In this document: one piece after another, positions 28,901 through 40,951 of the stretch | How the letters are laid out: each line of letters opens with the position of its first letter | Position numbering within the stretch: position 1 is the stretch's first letter | Assembly: GCA_014905635.1 (NCBI GenBank) | Contig: JABVCE010000012.1 | Coordinates: 682,001-746,000, forward strand | Length of the DNA: 64,000 nucleotides | From: Scenedesmus sp. PABB004 | Lineage: Eukaryota | Reading direction: 5' to 3' | Notes under the pieces: model-generated | The model's input: only the letters and a program-made list of their open reading frames with translations | The model's database searches: none | What the model was told of the DNA's origin: nothing | Translations under genes and position numbers: made by a program

Positions 28901-31900
28901 TCGCCGCCGCCGCCGCCGCCGCTGCCTGCCGCAGGCCGCGTGCTGTCGCTGCTCTACCTCGAACGCGTGCCCCCGCCGCGGGGCAGCAGCAGGGCCGGCT
29001 GGGCGCCGCGGGGGCGCGGCGGCGGGCGCGACGGCGGGCGCGGCGGGCGCGGGCGTGGCGGGCGCGGGCGCGGCGGCGCGCGCAGCGCGCCGCCTTCGTC
29101 GGGCGAGGAGTGGGCGGGCGAGTCGGACGGCGAGCGGCCCCCGCGGCAGCGCGGGCGCGGCGCGGCCCGCGCGCGCCGGCGGGGCCAGGGGCGCGGCGGC
29201 GGCCGGGCGCGCAGCGCGTCGCCGTCCTCGTCGTCCTGGTCGGGCGAGGAGTGGGGGGAGGGCTCGGACGCCGAGGAGTATGTGCCGCGCCGGCGGGGGA
29301 GCAGCCGCGGGCGCGGCAACCGGGCGCGCGGGGCGTCGTCGCGCTCGTCCGGCGGTGCGGGCGGCGCGGGGTCGGAGGAGGAGCAGCAGCAGCCCGCGGA
29401 GGAGGCGGAGCAGCAGCCCGCGGCGGGCGCGGCCTCCGGCAGCCGCGGCGCCTCACCAGAGGCGGACGCGGGCGACTCAGCAGGCGGCGGCGGCGGCGGT
29501 GGCGGCGGCGGTGTCGGCGCCGGCGGCGCGCCGCGCGGCGGCGGCAGGGGCGGCGCGCGCGGACGGCGCCGCAACAGCGCCGCCGCGCCCTACAGCGCGG
29601 CTGTGCACGTGTGGGCGCAGCCGGCGTCGTGCGCGGAGCTGACCTTTGACGTGGCCGCGCTGCGCCAGGCTCTGGAGAGCGGCGCGGGTGCGCCGGCGCA
29701 GCCGCCGCCGCCCCGGCGGCGCGCGCCATCCGCGCGCGCGCGCGCGCGCGCGCCGCCAGCGCTCGAGAGCTCACCGCCGCGGCCGCCGCCGCCGCAGGCA
29801 CGTGCCCGCGCATGTACCTGTCCCCCGCCACGCTCGTCATCGTGCCTGTCACACTCATACCGCACTGGCAGCAGCAGGTGTGGTGTGGCGGCGGGGGTCC
29901 CCCCCCCGCGGGGGCCCGACCCCATCACCCGAGCTCGGCGGCACGGCGGGGCCGGCTGGCGCAGTGCGCCGTGTCACGGCCCTCGCCTGCCCACCTGCCC
30001 GCGCGCGCGTGCCGCCTGCCCGCCGCAGATCCGGCAGCACCTCGCGCCGCGCCGCCTGCGCGTGCTGGTGCTCGGCTCGGCGTCCGCCGACACCGCGGGC
30101 GCGGGCGGGCGCGGCGCGCCCGGCCGCGGCAGCGCGAGCACCGCGTCGGCCGGCGGCGGCGCCGCGGAGCGCGCGTGCCCGCCCGCGCACGAGCTCGCGT
30201 GGGGGTATGACGTCGTCATCACCACGTTCCAGCGCCTCAGCACCGACTGGGGCCTGCGCGGCGACCCGCGCATGGCGGAGCGCCTCGTGCTGCTCAAGGC
30301 GCGCCACGCCGCCGGCCATGGCCTGGCCGCTCGCTGCGCCCGCGGCGCCCCGCCATCGCGAGCGCCCCGCCCGCCGCGGAGCCCCCGCGCCCACGCGCCC
30401 TGCCGCCGCGCGCCGCGCGCCGCGCCCCGCCCCGCCCCGCCCGCCGCGCGGCAGCGCAGGTGCACTGGCTGCGCGTCGTCATCGACGAGGGCCACGCGCT
30501 CGGCGCGAGCCTCGGCCTCACCAACCGGCTCGCGATGGCGGTGCAGCTCACCGCCGCGCGGCGCTGGGTCATGACCGGAACGCCAACGCCCGCGACGGCC
30601 GCGGGTGCGCCGCACCGCCGCCGCCGCCGCCGCCCCCGCGACACGGCACAGCGCTCGCCGCGGAGCTAGCCAGGACAGCCGCGCGCGCCCCGCCGCCGCC
30701 GGCGCAGGCTCCGGCGCGGCGCACCTGCAGCCGCTGCTCGCCTTCCTGCACCACGAGCCCTTTGGCGCGAGCCGCTCCGCCTGGGAGGGCGCCGTGGCCA
30801 AGCCGCTCGAGGCGGCGGCCGCGGCCGCGGCCGCGGTGGCGGGCGGCGAGGGCGGCGCCGGCGGGGCCGGCGGCCGCGCGCCGGGCGTCGCGGGCGGCGC
30901 GGGCGTGCTCGTCGCGGAGTGGGGGCGCGGTCAGCTGCTGGACCTGCTGGGCCGCGTGATGATCCGCTCCTGCAAGGCCGACCTCGCGCTGCTGCCGCCG
31001 TGCTTCCGCAAGGCGCGGCCCGCATGCCGCGCGCCGCGCGCCGGGCACCGCCCGCGGCGCCCGCCCTCGCCGCGCGTCGCGCCGCGCGCGACACGCCGTG
31101 CGCGACGCGCCGCGCGCTGCGCCAGGTGTCGCTGCTCGACTTTGCGCCCGCACACGCGGCGAGCTACAACGCGCTGGTCGAGGTCATCCGGCGCAACCTG
31201 CTGCTCGCCGACTGGTGCGACGACGCGCACAACGAGGTGCGGCGCGCGGCGCGCCGCGGCGTGGCGCGGCTGGCCGCTGAAACGCGGACGCCGCGCTGAC
31301 GCGCTGACGTGGTGGCGCCGCCGCCGCTGGTGCCGCCGCCGCGCAGAGCCTGCTCAACGTGCGGCAGGGGCGGTGGGCCAAGGAGATGCTGCTCAACGTG
31401 CGCCTCGCGTGCTGCGTCGCGGGCGCGACGAGCCTGGTGCCCAAGGACGAGGACGTGCTGGAGGTGAGGCGCCCCGCGGGGCGCCTGCGCGCCAGCGCCC
31501 ACACGCCGCGCCGCCGCTGCAGCGCCAGCGCCCGCGCCCGCGCCGCGCCGCCGGCGGCCCCGCGCGACGCCCTGCCGCGCGCCGCACCCGCGCGCGCGCG
31601 ATGCGCTGCGCGCCCGCAGACGCTGCAGCTGCTCGCGGGCCGGCTGGAGTTGCCGCCGCCCGCGACGGAGCAGCACGCAGTGCCGGCGGCGCCGGCAGTG
31701 GCGGCAGAGGCGGCAGAGGGGGCGGCAGAGGAGGACGCGCCTGCGGCGGCCGCTGCTGCTGCGGAGCTGGCGGAGCCAGCGCAAGAGCCGGAGGCCGGCG
31801 GCGAGGACGCTGGCGGCAACGGCGGCGAGGACGCTGGCAGCGGCGAGCGCGCCGCGCCGGCGGCGCCGAGCTCGGGCGTGGTGCTGCGGCAGCGCTGGTT

Positions 31901-34361
31901 CTTCACGGGGCCGGGGCACCCGCTGCACCGCGTGGAGGAGGGGCTGCGCCACGGCTGCGACTGCGAGGCGCGTGCGGGCCGCTGGCTGCGCGCGCCGAGG
32001 GGCCGCCTGCGCCGGGGGCGCGCGCGCGCGCGGCGCGTGCCAGCTCGCCCGCCGACAAACCACCGCCACCACCGCCGCGTCCGCCCCCGCCGCCTGCAGG
32101 TGTGCGGCGCGGCGACGCGCCTGCCGATGGTCACGCCATGCGCGCACCTGCTCTGCACCGACTGCGCCGCGCCGAGCCGCACGTCGTGCCCCGTGTGCGG
32201 GGGGCGCTACCGCATGCAGCCGACGGACGACCCCGCGCGCTTCAAGACCAACCCGCTGCCCAAGTGGGAGGTGCGCCGCGCCCGCCGCGGGGGCCTGCCC
32301 GCCCGCCACGGAGGCCTGCCCGCCGCCCGCGCCGCGCGCCCGCCGCCGCGCCGCGCGCCCCCGCCCGCGCGGCCGCCGACGCGCCAACGCGCGGCCTTGC
32401 CGCGCCGCCGCCGCCGCGCGCCAGGTGCCGCTGGAACTGATTGAGTGGCAGCCGGTGTTCCACCAGCGCGGCGCGACCGGCCTCAGCGGCGGGCAGTGGA
32501 GCGCCAACTGGCGGGTGCGCACTCGCCGCGCCCACGCGCCGCCCCGCGCGCCGCGCCCGCGGCGCCGCTCGGCCGGCCGCCGCGCGTGCTGGGTGCCGCC
32601 CCGCCCGCCCGCGCTCCCGCCGCCGCCCGCGCCCGACGCCCCGCGCCCTGCGCCCTGCGCCCCCCACCCTGCCGCGCCAGGTCACGCGCTCCACCAAGGT
32701 TCTGCACCTGCTGCGCCGCCTGGTGGAGGTGGGCATCTACGACCCCCGCGAGGCCGCCGGCCAGCCCGCCAGCGACCAGACGGCCGCGGCCGCCGGCGGC
32801 CAGCCAGCCGCGGCCGCCGCCGCTGGGCAGCCGGTCAAGGCCATCGTGTTCAGCCAGTTCTGGATGCACACGCAGCTCGTGGCGGCGGAGCTGTCGGCGC
32901 GGGGCGTGCGGCACGTGCTGCTCAAGCGCGACATGCCGCCGCGCGACAAGCAGGCCGCGGTGACCGCGTTCCGCGCCGTCCGCGCGCCCGCGGCGCTCGT
33001 CATGGACGAGTCGGGTGCGGCGGCGCGGCCCGCGGCGCGGCGCACGGCGCTGGGCTGCGCCGGCACGGGGCGGCTGCGCGCAAGGCGTGCGCCCCGCCCC
33101 GCCTCGCCGCCGCCGCTGCCGCCGCCGCCGCCCAGGCGCGCTGGGGCTGGACCTGAGCTTTGTGCGGCACATTTTTCTCATGGAGCCCCTCGCAGACGCG
33201 GCGCTGGAGCAGCAGGCGCGGCGTGCACCCGCGCGCCGCGTCGTCCCCTGCGCGCCGCGCACACCGCGCCGTGCCGCGCTGAGCCGCGCCGCGCGCCCCT
33301 GCACGCCGCGCTGAGCCGCGCCGCGCGCCCCCCGCCCGCGCAGGTCGTGTCGCGCGCGCACCGCATGGGCGCGACCGCGCCGGTGCACGTCGAGGTGCTC
33401 GCGATGCGCCACACGGCGGAGGAGCACCTGGTGTCGCTGCGGTGCGCTGCGCGCGCGCATGCGCGCGGGGCGCGCCCGGGCGCGCGGGGCGCGCTGACCG
33501 GGCGGCGACCCGTGCACGGCGCGCGGCCGGCGCCCTCAAAATCCCTGCCGCCGCCGCGCCGCGCCGTGCAGGCACCAGGCCGCGGCGGGGCGGCTCAGCA
33601 TCTCCGCCGCGGACGCCGCCGCGTCGCACGCCGCCGCGGCGGTCGCGGGCGCGGCCGAGGGCGACGCCGCGCCCGCGGCCGCGCCCGCGCCCGCGCCCGC
33701 GCCTGAAGCGCCGCCGAGCGGCGAGTCGGGCGACGCGCTCGGCGGCGCGACGGCGGGCGCCGCGGCGGTGAGCGTGAGCAACATCAGTGACTTTGTTGCC
33801 GTCGGCGGCGGCGGCAACCAGATGGAGAGCCGCGGCCTGCGCAACCTCGTGCTGCTCGCGCTGCACAAGGTCCCCGTCGCCGCGCTGCCGCCGGACGAGG
33901 CTCCGGAGCAGCAGGGCGAGGCGTGCCGCGCCGCGGCGGGGCTCGGCGAGGACGGCGCGTGGGCGGCCGGCGGCGGCGGCGCGCGGCGGCGCGGCGACAG
34001 GGGGCTGCTGGACGGCGGCGCCGCGGCCGCGGCGGCTGCGGCTGCGGCGGCGGGCGGCGCCCCGCTGCAGGGCGGCCTGTGGGCGGACTACGCGCTCGGT
34101 GGCGGCGCGGCGCGGCGGCCCGGCGGCGCAGAGCCGGACGCGGGGCCTGGCAGCGGCGACGACGGCGCGGCCGCGCCGGAGCGGGCGGACGAGGGCGGCG
34201 CGCCGGCGCAGGCGGCGGCGCGCAGGCGGCGCGTGGCGTTTGCCGACGACGACGCCGACCAGGCGCCGCCGGCCGCCGCTGCGGCAGAGGCGCCGCCCGA
34301 CGGCGGCGGCGGCAGGCCGCCCGCGGCGGTGGGCGCAAAGCGCGCGCGCTTTGCCGAGTGA
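25983..34361 (+). CDS. F-box + SNF2-family ATPase + CW zinc finger + RING protein (At3g54460-like); many exons
   Basis: F-box LADVPPEVMSLLLGRLSAADLARLACCCR; LYPHQ; GGFFCDEPGLGKT; CW finger WVMCDHCSKWR..WFC; TLVIVP; RVVIDEGH; WVMTGTP; RING CE|VC..TPCAHLLCTDC..CPVC; AIVFSQF; LGLDL; QVVSRAHRMG. Confidence 0.92.
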
Positions 34362-34719
34362 CGCGCGGTGCGCGCTGAGCCCTGGCGGCCCGCGGAAACC
34401 GTGAGGGAATTTGCCCAACGAGTCGGTGGCGCCCCGAGCGACCCGCGTTGGCCGGGAATGAACGAGCTTCGACTGCCTAGAGCGCGCATCGACTGCTGCC
34501 ACGCCTCGATCCGCGGCCCCGCCGAGCTGCGCGTTTGCTTCCCGTGCAAAACGACACAGCTACAGCGAGCTCCCCGGCGCGTGGCGTGCGGGTCACCCGC
34601 GACGAGGAGCAGCAGAGCAGGCTCGTCGGCCCTCCCGCCGCGCCTGGCGCGCCTCCTGGCCCCCGCAGCGGCGCACTCGCAGCTGCTGGCGTAGCACCAG
34701 CTGCCAGCGTGGCGGCGGC

Positions 34720-36812
34720 ATGCGGCGTCGGCGCGGCGGCGCGCCGCGGCCAGCAGCGGTGTCGGTGCTGCTGCTGCTGGCAGCGGCCGGCGCGGCCGCC
34801 GCGGCGCTGCCGCCGGCGCCGGCCAACTGCACGCCCGCCATCCGGGCGGCCATCGACTGGGGCGCGGGCACCAACTCGCTCGGGGTGCGCGCCGCGGCCG
34901 CGGCGGCGGTCGGCGGTCGCGCGGCAGCGCTTCGTCGACCCCGCGGGGCGCCGCCGCGCACCGCCGCGCACGCCGCGCCGCCGCAGATCGAGGGCGCGCT
35001 GCGCGAGGGCGGGCGCGGCGCGAGCGTGTGGGACAGCTACGCCCGCGCGACGGCCGACGGCGCAACGCCCGACGTCGCGGCCGACTTTTACCACCGCTTT
35101 AGGTCGGACGTCGCGCTTATGCAGACCCTCGGGCTGCGCCACCTGCGGCTGAGCCTCTCGTGGCCGCGCCTGCTGCCGCGCGGCGCCGCGGGCTCGCCGG
35201 TCAACCCTGCCGGCGTTAAGTTTTATACAGATCTGCTCGACGCCCTGCACGCCGCGGGTGCGGGCGGCCCCGCGCGCGCACGGCCCCGCGCGCACACACA
35301 CGGCCCCGCGCCGCGCCGCCCTCTCCCCCGCGCGCGCCCGCTCACCGCCGCTGGCGGCGCCGCCCCTGCGCCACCGCCGCCCAGGCATCGCACCCATGGT
35401 CGTCCTGTGAGCGCCGCGCACGCTGCTCACCGCTCAAGCCGTTCGTCCCGCCCGCGTTGCTCACTCACCCCACGCTGCGCCGCTCACTCCGCGCTGCCCG
35501 ATCAGGTACCACTGGGACATGCCGCAGCCGCTACAGGACGCGTACGGCGGCTTCACGAGCCCCCGCATCATCGATGACTTTGCGTACTACGCTGACACAG
35601 CGTTCCGGCTCTTTGGGCACCGCGTGAAGCGCTGGCTGACGTTTGTCGAGCCGTTTGTGATATGCAACATGCAGTACGGCAACGGCCAGCTGGCGCCGGG
35701 CGTCGACTACGGCGACGCGGGGCGCTACGCGTGCGGGCACAACCTGCTGCGCGCGCACGCTGCGGCGGCGGGCGCGTACGTCGCGCGGCACCGCGCCGCG
35801 CAGCGCGGCGGGCTGTCGTTCAGCACGCTCGTCACGTGGCCCGAGCCGGCGAGCGGCAGCGACGCGGACGCGCGCGCGGCGCAGAACAAGCTCGACGCCG
35901 AGGTGGGGTGGTGGCTGGACCCCGTCTTTACAGGCGACTACCCGGCCAGCCTGCGCGCCGCCAAGGTGAACCGCGTGGGCACAGCTCGGGGCGGCGCGCG
36001 CCGCCTCGCGCCGCGCCCGCCACAGCACGCCGCGCAGGCGCAGCGCGCCGCGCCGCGCGCGCGCCCACGCCCGCGCCGCCCACGCGCGCCCGCGCGCCAG
36101 GGCGCGCTGCTACCGCGCTTCACGCCGGCCGAGCGCGCGGCGCTGGCGGGCAGCCTTGACTTTATTGCCTTTAACGCCTTCACCGCAAAGTGGGTCGCCG
36201 CAAAGCCCGGCAGCGCGGCCGGCTGGCGCGAGTCGAGCACGGGGCCGGACGGCCAGCCGATCGGAGCCCCGACCGGCGTGCCCTGGTGCGGCCGCAGCCC
36301 GCGCGCGCCGCGGCCCGCGCGCCGCGCCCTGCCGCCGAGGGCCGTGCGGCCCGCGCCGCCGCGCCACGCCCCACAGGATGAGCGTGGTGCCGTGGAGCCA
36401 GGAGCGCGCGGCGCGCTACCTGTCGGACCGCTACGCCGCCGGCGGGCGCCCCCCTGCGCTGCTGGTGTCATCGAGCGGGACGCAGGTCCCCGGCGAGGCG
36501 GCGCTGCCGCTGCGCGACGCGCTCTCCGACGGCTTCCGGCTCTCCTATTACGCGCGCTACCTCGACTCGCTCTGCGGCGCGGTCGCGAGCGGCGGCGTGC
36601 GCCTGATCGGATGGTACGCCTGGAGCCTCTTTGACGGCTACGAGTGGACCGACGGCTTCCGGCGCAAGTTTGGGGTCGTGCACGTTTCGTACGCGGGGCC
36701 CGCCGGCACGCCCGCGGCCGCCGCGGCCGGCGGGCGCGGGCTCGCGCGCGCGCCGAAGGACTCGGCGCGCTGGCTCTCGGCCCACTTCTGGCGCGCCGGC
36801 GGCGGCGGTTGA
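34720..36812 (+). CDS. Glycoside hydrolase family 1 (beta-glucosidase-like), secreted, with degenerate catalytic motifs
   Basis: Signal peptide; QIEG..GRGASVWD; DFYHRFRSDVALM; RLSLSWPRLLP; YHWDMPQ; VKRWLTFVEP; HNLLRAHA; GDYP; GWYAWSLFDGYEW..G...FG. Confidence 0.9.
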
Positions 36813-36999
36813 GGGGGGCGGCGCGCGGGTGCAACCGGCCGCACCGGCGGTGCAGGGCCCAGGGCGCAGGCGCCGCCCGGCCAGCTGCCCGCCGACGAGC
36901 CCCCGCGCGCCGCCCCACCGCCCACACTTGCCGTTCTCAGCGTCAGGTGGCCGCAGCCCACAGCTCGCGCGGCGCGCCGTTGCCGCTCACCGCAAAAAA

Positions 37000-39181
37000 A
37001 TGTTGGGCGGCCGCCTGGCGACCTCGCCCTACGTCGCCCCGCCTGGAACGGCCGGGCCTCAGCGGTTGCAAGAGCTTGCGCGCGTCGCCGGACTCAGCCG
37101 CGCCTTCACGCTAGCCGTGAAAGTGGGACTCTTCACGCTGCTGCGCGCTGCTGACGAAGGTGCTGACGAAGGTGCTTGCTAGAGACCGGCTGCGACGGCG
37201 CCTTCGGTAGCGGCCAGTCCCACGGAGCTGCTGCTGCGCCCGCCGGGCGCTGCGTCTGACGGCGCCGCCGACGGCCCCGCCCCCGCCGCTCCGCGAGTTG
37301 GCGCCGCTACCGCTGCCGCTGCCGCCGCCGCAGACGGCGCCGCGCCAGGCCTGACCGCGGCCGAGATCGCGGCGCGCCTGGGCCTGCGCACCGCGCCCGG
37401 CTTCCGGGGCGTCGTGGACTGGCTGGACGTGCTGACCGCGCTCGACACGCTGCGCCGCTCGGGCGAGGGCGCCGGCGCGCGGTACGCCAACAGCCCAGAG
37501 GCCCACGCCTACCTGGCGGATCAGAGCGCCGACTACATGGGCGGCCACGCAGTGCTCTACCACGACAGGCGAGCACGCCGCCGCTGAAGCGGCGAGCGCC
37601 GCCTGCGCCGCGCGGGCCCCCGCCGCGCCCACGCCCAACCCCAGCGCCGAGCCCGCGCCGCCGAGCCCGCGCCCGCCCCGCCCGCTGCAGGACGTTCCCG
37701 CAGCTGCTCTGGCTCGAGCACTCGCTGCGCACGGGCGTGCAGCCACAGGCGGCGAGCGCGGTCGTCGCGTCCGTGGTCGAGACCTTTGCGGGTGCGCTCG
37801 CGCCGCCATGCAGGAGAGGCCGCCGCCCGCCCGCCCAGGGGGACTCTCACCGTCCGCCGGCGCCGCCGCCGCGCAGGAGAGGCCGAGACCGCGCCGGGCG
37901 GCGCGAGCGGCGGCGACCCCGCCGCGTTTGCGCTGGGCATGACCGGCTGCAACAAGGGTGCGCGCCTGACGGCACTCTGCACTGGCGGCGCTCCGTGGAC
38001 GCTGAGCGCCCGCGCTCTGACGTGGCCGCCGCGCACCCACGCCGCGCGCTCCGCGTCCCCCGCGCGCCGCAGCCGCGTACGAGCAGCTCGCGGCGCGGTT
38101 TGACTTTTCGCGCTATGCCTCATTCGGCGACTTTGGCGGCTCCGCCGGCGTGCTCGCGTGCGCGGTCGCGGCGGCGCAGCCGCACCTCGAGTGTGCCACG
38201 CACGACCTGCCCGCCGTGCGGCCCGCGGCGGAGGCGTACGTCGCGCGGCAGGGGCTGCGCGGCCGCGTGCGGGTGCGCGCGCCGCCACGCCGCGGCGGCG
38301 CGCTCCAGCTCCGGCCAGCGCCGCGCGCGCGCCCCGCGCGCTGCCGGGTCACCCGCCTTGCCGCCGCCGCGCCCGGCAGGTGGTGGACCACGACTTTTTC
38401 TCGGCCGCCCCCTTCCCGCCCTACGATGTGGTGGCCATGGGCATGATTCTGCACGACTGGGGCCAGGACAAGAAGAGGGCCCTCATCGCCAAGGCGCGCG
38501 GCGGCCCGCGGGTGGCGCCGGCGGCGGCGCGGCCCCTCGCGCGGCAGGGGGCGGCCGCGGCGGCTGGTGCACGGCGGGCGCGGCGCCGGCACGGCGGGCG
38601 CGGCGCCGGCGGTAAACGGCCGCCGCCGCCGCCGGGGGCGCGCGCCGCGCGCGCCGCGCGCCGCCGCAGGCGTTTGCCGCGCTGCCGGCGGGCGGCGCGT
38701 TCATCGCGCTCGAAGTGCTCATTGATGACGCGCGGTGCGCGCAGCCTGCCGCGGGGCCAGCTGGTGGCCGCGCGGCCACGCACGACGCTGCGCGCGCTGG
38801 GGCGCAGAGCGCGGGTGCGGCGTGCTGCGCCGCCCCGAGCCCGCCGCCGCCGGCGCCGCGGCGCGCTGCGGCGCAGGCGCGACAACGTGTGGGGCCTGCA
38901 GATGAGCGTGGACATGCTGCTGGAGTTCCAGGCCGAGGGTGGGTTTGACTACACCTTCGAGGCACGGCGGCGCGCGGCGGCGGGCGCGCGGCGGGCACAC
39001 ATGTGCTGTACAGCACGCGGCAGCGGCGGCACGCGGCGGGATGCGCGGGCGCCGGCCGAGCCGCTGCGCCGCCGCCGGGGCGCCGCAGGAGTTCACGGGC
39101 TGGGCGCTGGAGGCGGGCTTCAGCCGGACGGAGCTCGTGCGGCTGGCGGGGCCCAACAGCGCGGCTGTCGCGTTCAAGTAG
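37000..39181 (+). CDS. SAM-dependent O-methyltransferase (dimerisation domain + Methyltransf_2; ASMT/COMT-like); multi-exon
   Basis: LAVKVGLFTLL..LTAAEIAARLGL..DWLDVLTAL..RYANS; DFGGSAG; HDLPAV; DFF..FPPYDVVAMGMILHDW; LPAGG; GFDYT..W..EAGF. Confidence 0.9.
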
Positions 39182-39857
39182 CGCAGCCGCCCGTGGTTGA
39201 GAGCTGCGCGCCGGGCGCTGAGTGACCGCGCGCGCCGGCATCGGCTAACCGCTGGTGTGGACGCTGGCAGCGGCGCCCAAACGGCCCCCGCGGCGCACCC
39301 GCTCCGGCGGCCTGCAGGCGGCGGTGCAGGGGCCAGGGCGCAGCCGCCGCCCGACCGGCTGCCGCGCGCGCCGGAGCAGGCCTCCCGCGCGCGTTGGCTG
39401 TCCCCGCAGCCTATTCCCATGCAGCCCTGCCACGCACACGCGCGCCGGCCGCAGCCCACACAGCTCCGGACGCCGCCTCGGCCGCCAGCGCGCGCCCGCC
39501 CCCGCCGCCGCGGCGCACTTCTGACCAGGCGGGGGCGCTGTCCTGCGGGAGCGTGGTGACCAGCTCGTGCCGTTCAGCGCAGCACCAGGCGAGCGAGCCG
39601 TGCGCGCGGGCAGGCCGGGCGAGCAGCAGCGGCGGTCCGCGCTGCGCGGCGCCCGGGAGCGGCGCGCCGCGCCGCGCCGCGGCGGGCGGGCGTGTTGCCT
39701 AGGTTGCCGGTACTGCGCGCCCCGGGGCCCCGGCAGGCCCTCGCCGCTACGCCGCCGGGCCCGGGGCGGGGGCGGGTGCCGCGCGCGCTGCTGCTGCGCT
39801 CACGCCGCCCGCCCATTGCCGGCGCTGCCTGCTGTCTGCTGGCCCGCAGTTGGCCCC

Positions 39858-40815
39858 ATGTCTGCTGAGCCTGAGGTCAAGCGGCGCGCCGGGCCGACCA
39901 CGCGCGCGCGGGCGGGCGCGGCAAGGGCTTCCGTGCTGGCGGCGGCGGCGCAGCAAGGGGTTGCGCCACGTGCTGGCGAGGCGGCGAGGTGAGCGCGCAG
40001 CTGCTGCGGGCGCCCCCAGCGGCTGCTGCTCGCCAGGCGGGCGCCTAGCGCGAGCCAGCGGCCTCAGCGCGCGCCGCCTCACCCCGCGTCCCGCCTGCCC
40101 GCGCTGCGCCGCCAGCACCGTGTGGCGGGACCTGCCCAAGCCGCTCGTGCTCCACGTCCTGAGCCTCCTGCCGCCGGCCCTGCGGGCGTAGACCGCCAAG
40201 CTGGTGTGCAAGGCGGCGCGCGAGTGCCTTCGCGGCGCCACGGTCATCTCAGCGCGCTGCCCCGAGCTGCCGCTGGCGGCGGTGCAGGAGGCATGGCAGG
40301 AGGTGAAAGATGTTCTGTGGCAGCAGGTGCTTCTGGCCGATGCGCGTGCAGCGCGCGGCGACGTGGCGGCGCTGACCTGGCTGCGCGGCGCCGGCTGCGA
40401 CATGAGCCGTGTGGGCTTCGAAGCAGCGCGCACCGGCCAGCTCGCCGTGCTGGAGTGGGCGCGCGGCGAGGGGCTCGAGCTGGGGAGCGTGTGCCACGGA
40501 GCGGCCGTGGGCGGGCAGCTGGCGGTGCTGCGCTGGGCGCGCGCGCAGACGCCGCCGCTGCCTTGGGGCAACAATATGTGTCTGCTGGCCGCGCAGCGCG
40601 GCGACCTGGAGATGCTGCGCTGGGCGCGCGCCCAGGCCGACCCCTTGCCGTGGGACGTGTGGGCGCCCGAATGCGCGGCTGGCCGGGGGCAGCTGGAGGC
40701 GCTGCGCTGGCTGCGCGCCAACGGCTGCCCGTGGCGGCGCGGCAAGTGCGAGCGCGAGGCGGCGAAGCACGGCCACGAGGCAGTGGTCGCGTGGATCCGG
40801 GCGCAGCCGGAGTGA
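39858..40815 (+). pseudogene. F-box + ankyrin-like repeat gene (algal/giant-virus type repeats) interrupted by an in-frame TAG
   Basis: Exon 1 39858-39988, exon 2 from 40116: VWRDLPKPLVLHVLSLLPPALRA*TAKLVCKAAR, then 'AA..GQL.VL.WAR....PW' repeats. TAG at 40189-40191 lies inside the F-box-like helix. Confidence 0.65.
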
Positions 40816-40951
40816 GCGGAGGTGCTCTCGCGCGGGCGCCGGCGTTGCTGAGTTGCACGCGCGGTCCGAGGTTGACGCCGGGAACAGAGGGCCGCACCGC
40901 CGCCGTCGGCACCGGCACCGCTGCCGCCCCTGCCAGCCGCGGAACGCGCGG

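Noticed and set aside
37146..37182. 12-bp duplication and in-frame TAG early in the O-methyltransferase
   Set aside because: The stop lies within a GT-AG intron (about 37172-37333) whose removal restores the frame.
40189..40191. Nuclear TAG codon reassignment
   Set aside because: TAG serves as the normal stop for QCR8, the LCAT-like gene and the O-methyltransferase in this window; there is only one internal instance.
39858..40815. Endogenous giant-virus segment
   Set aside because: A single ankyrin-type gene with an intron and host GC; no NCLDV hallmark genes or compositional shift nearby.
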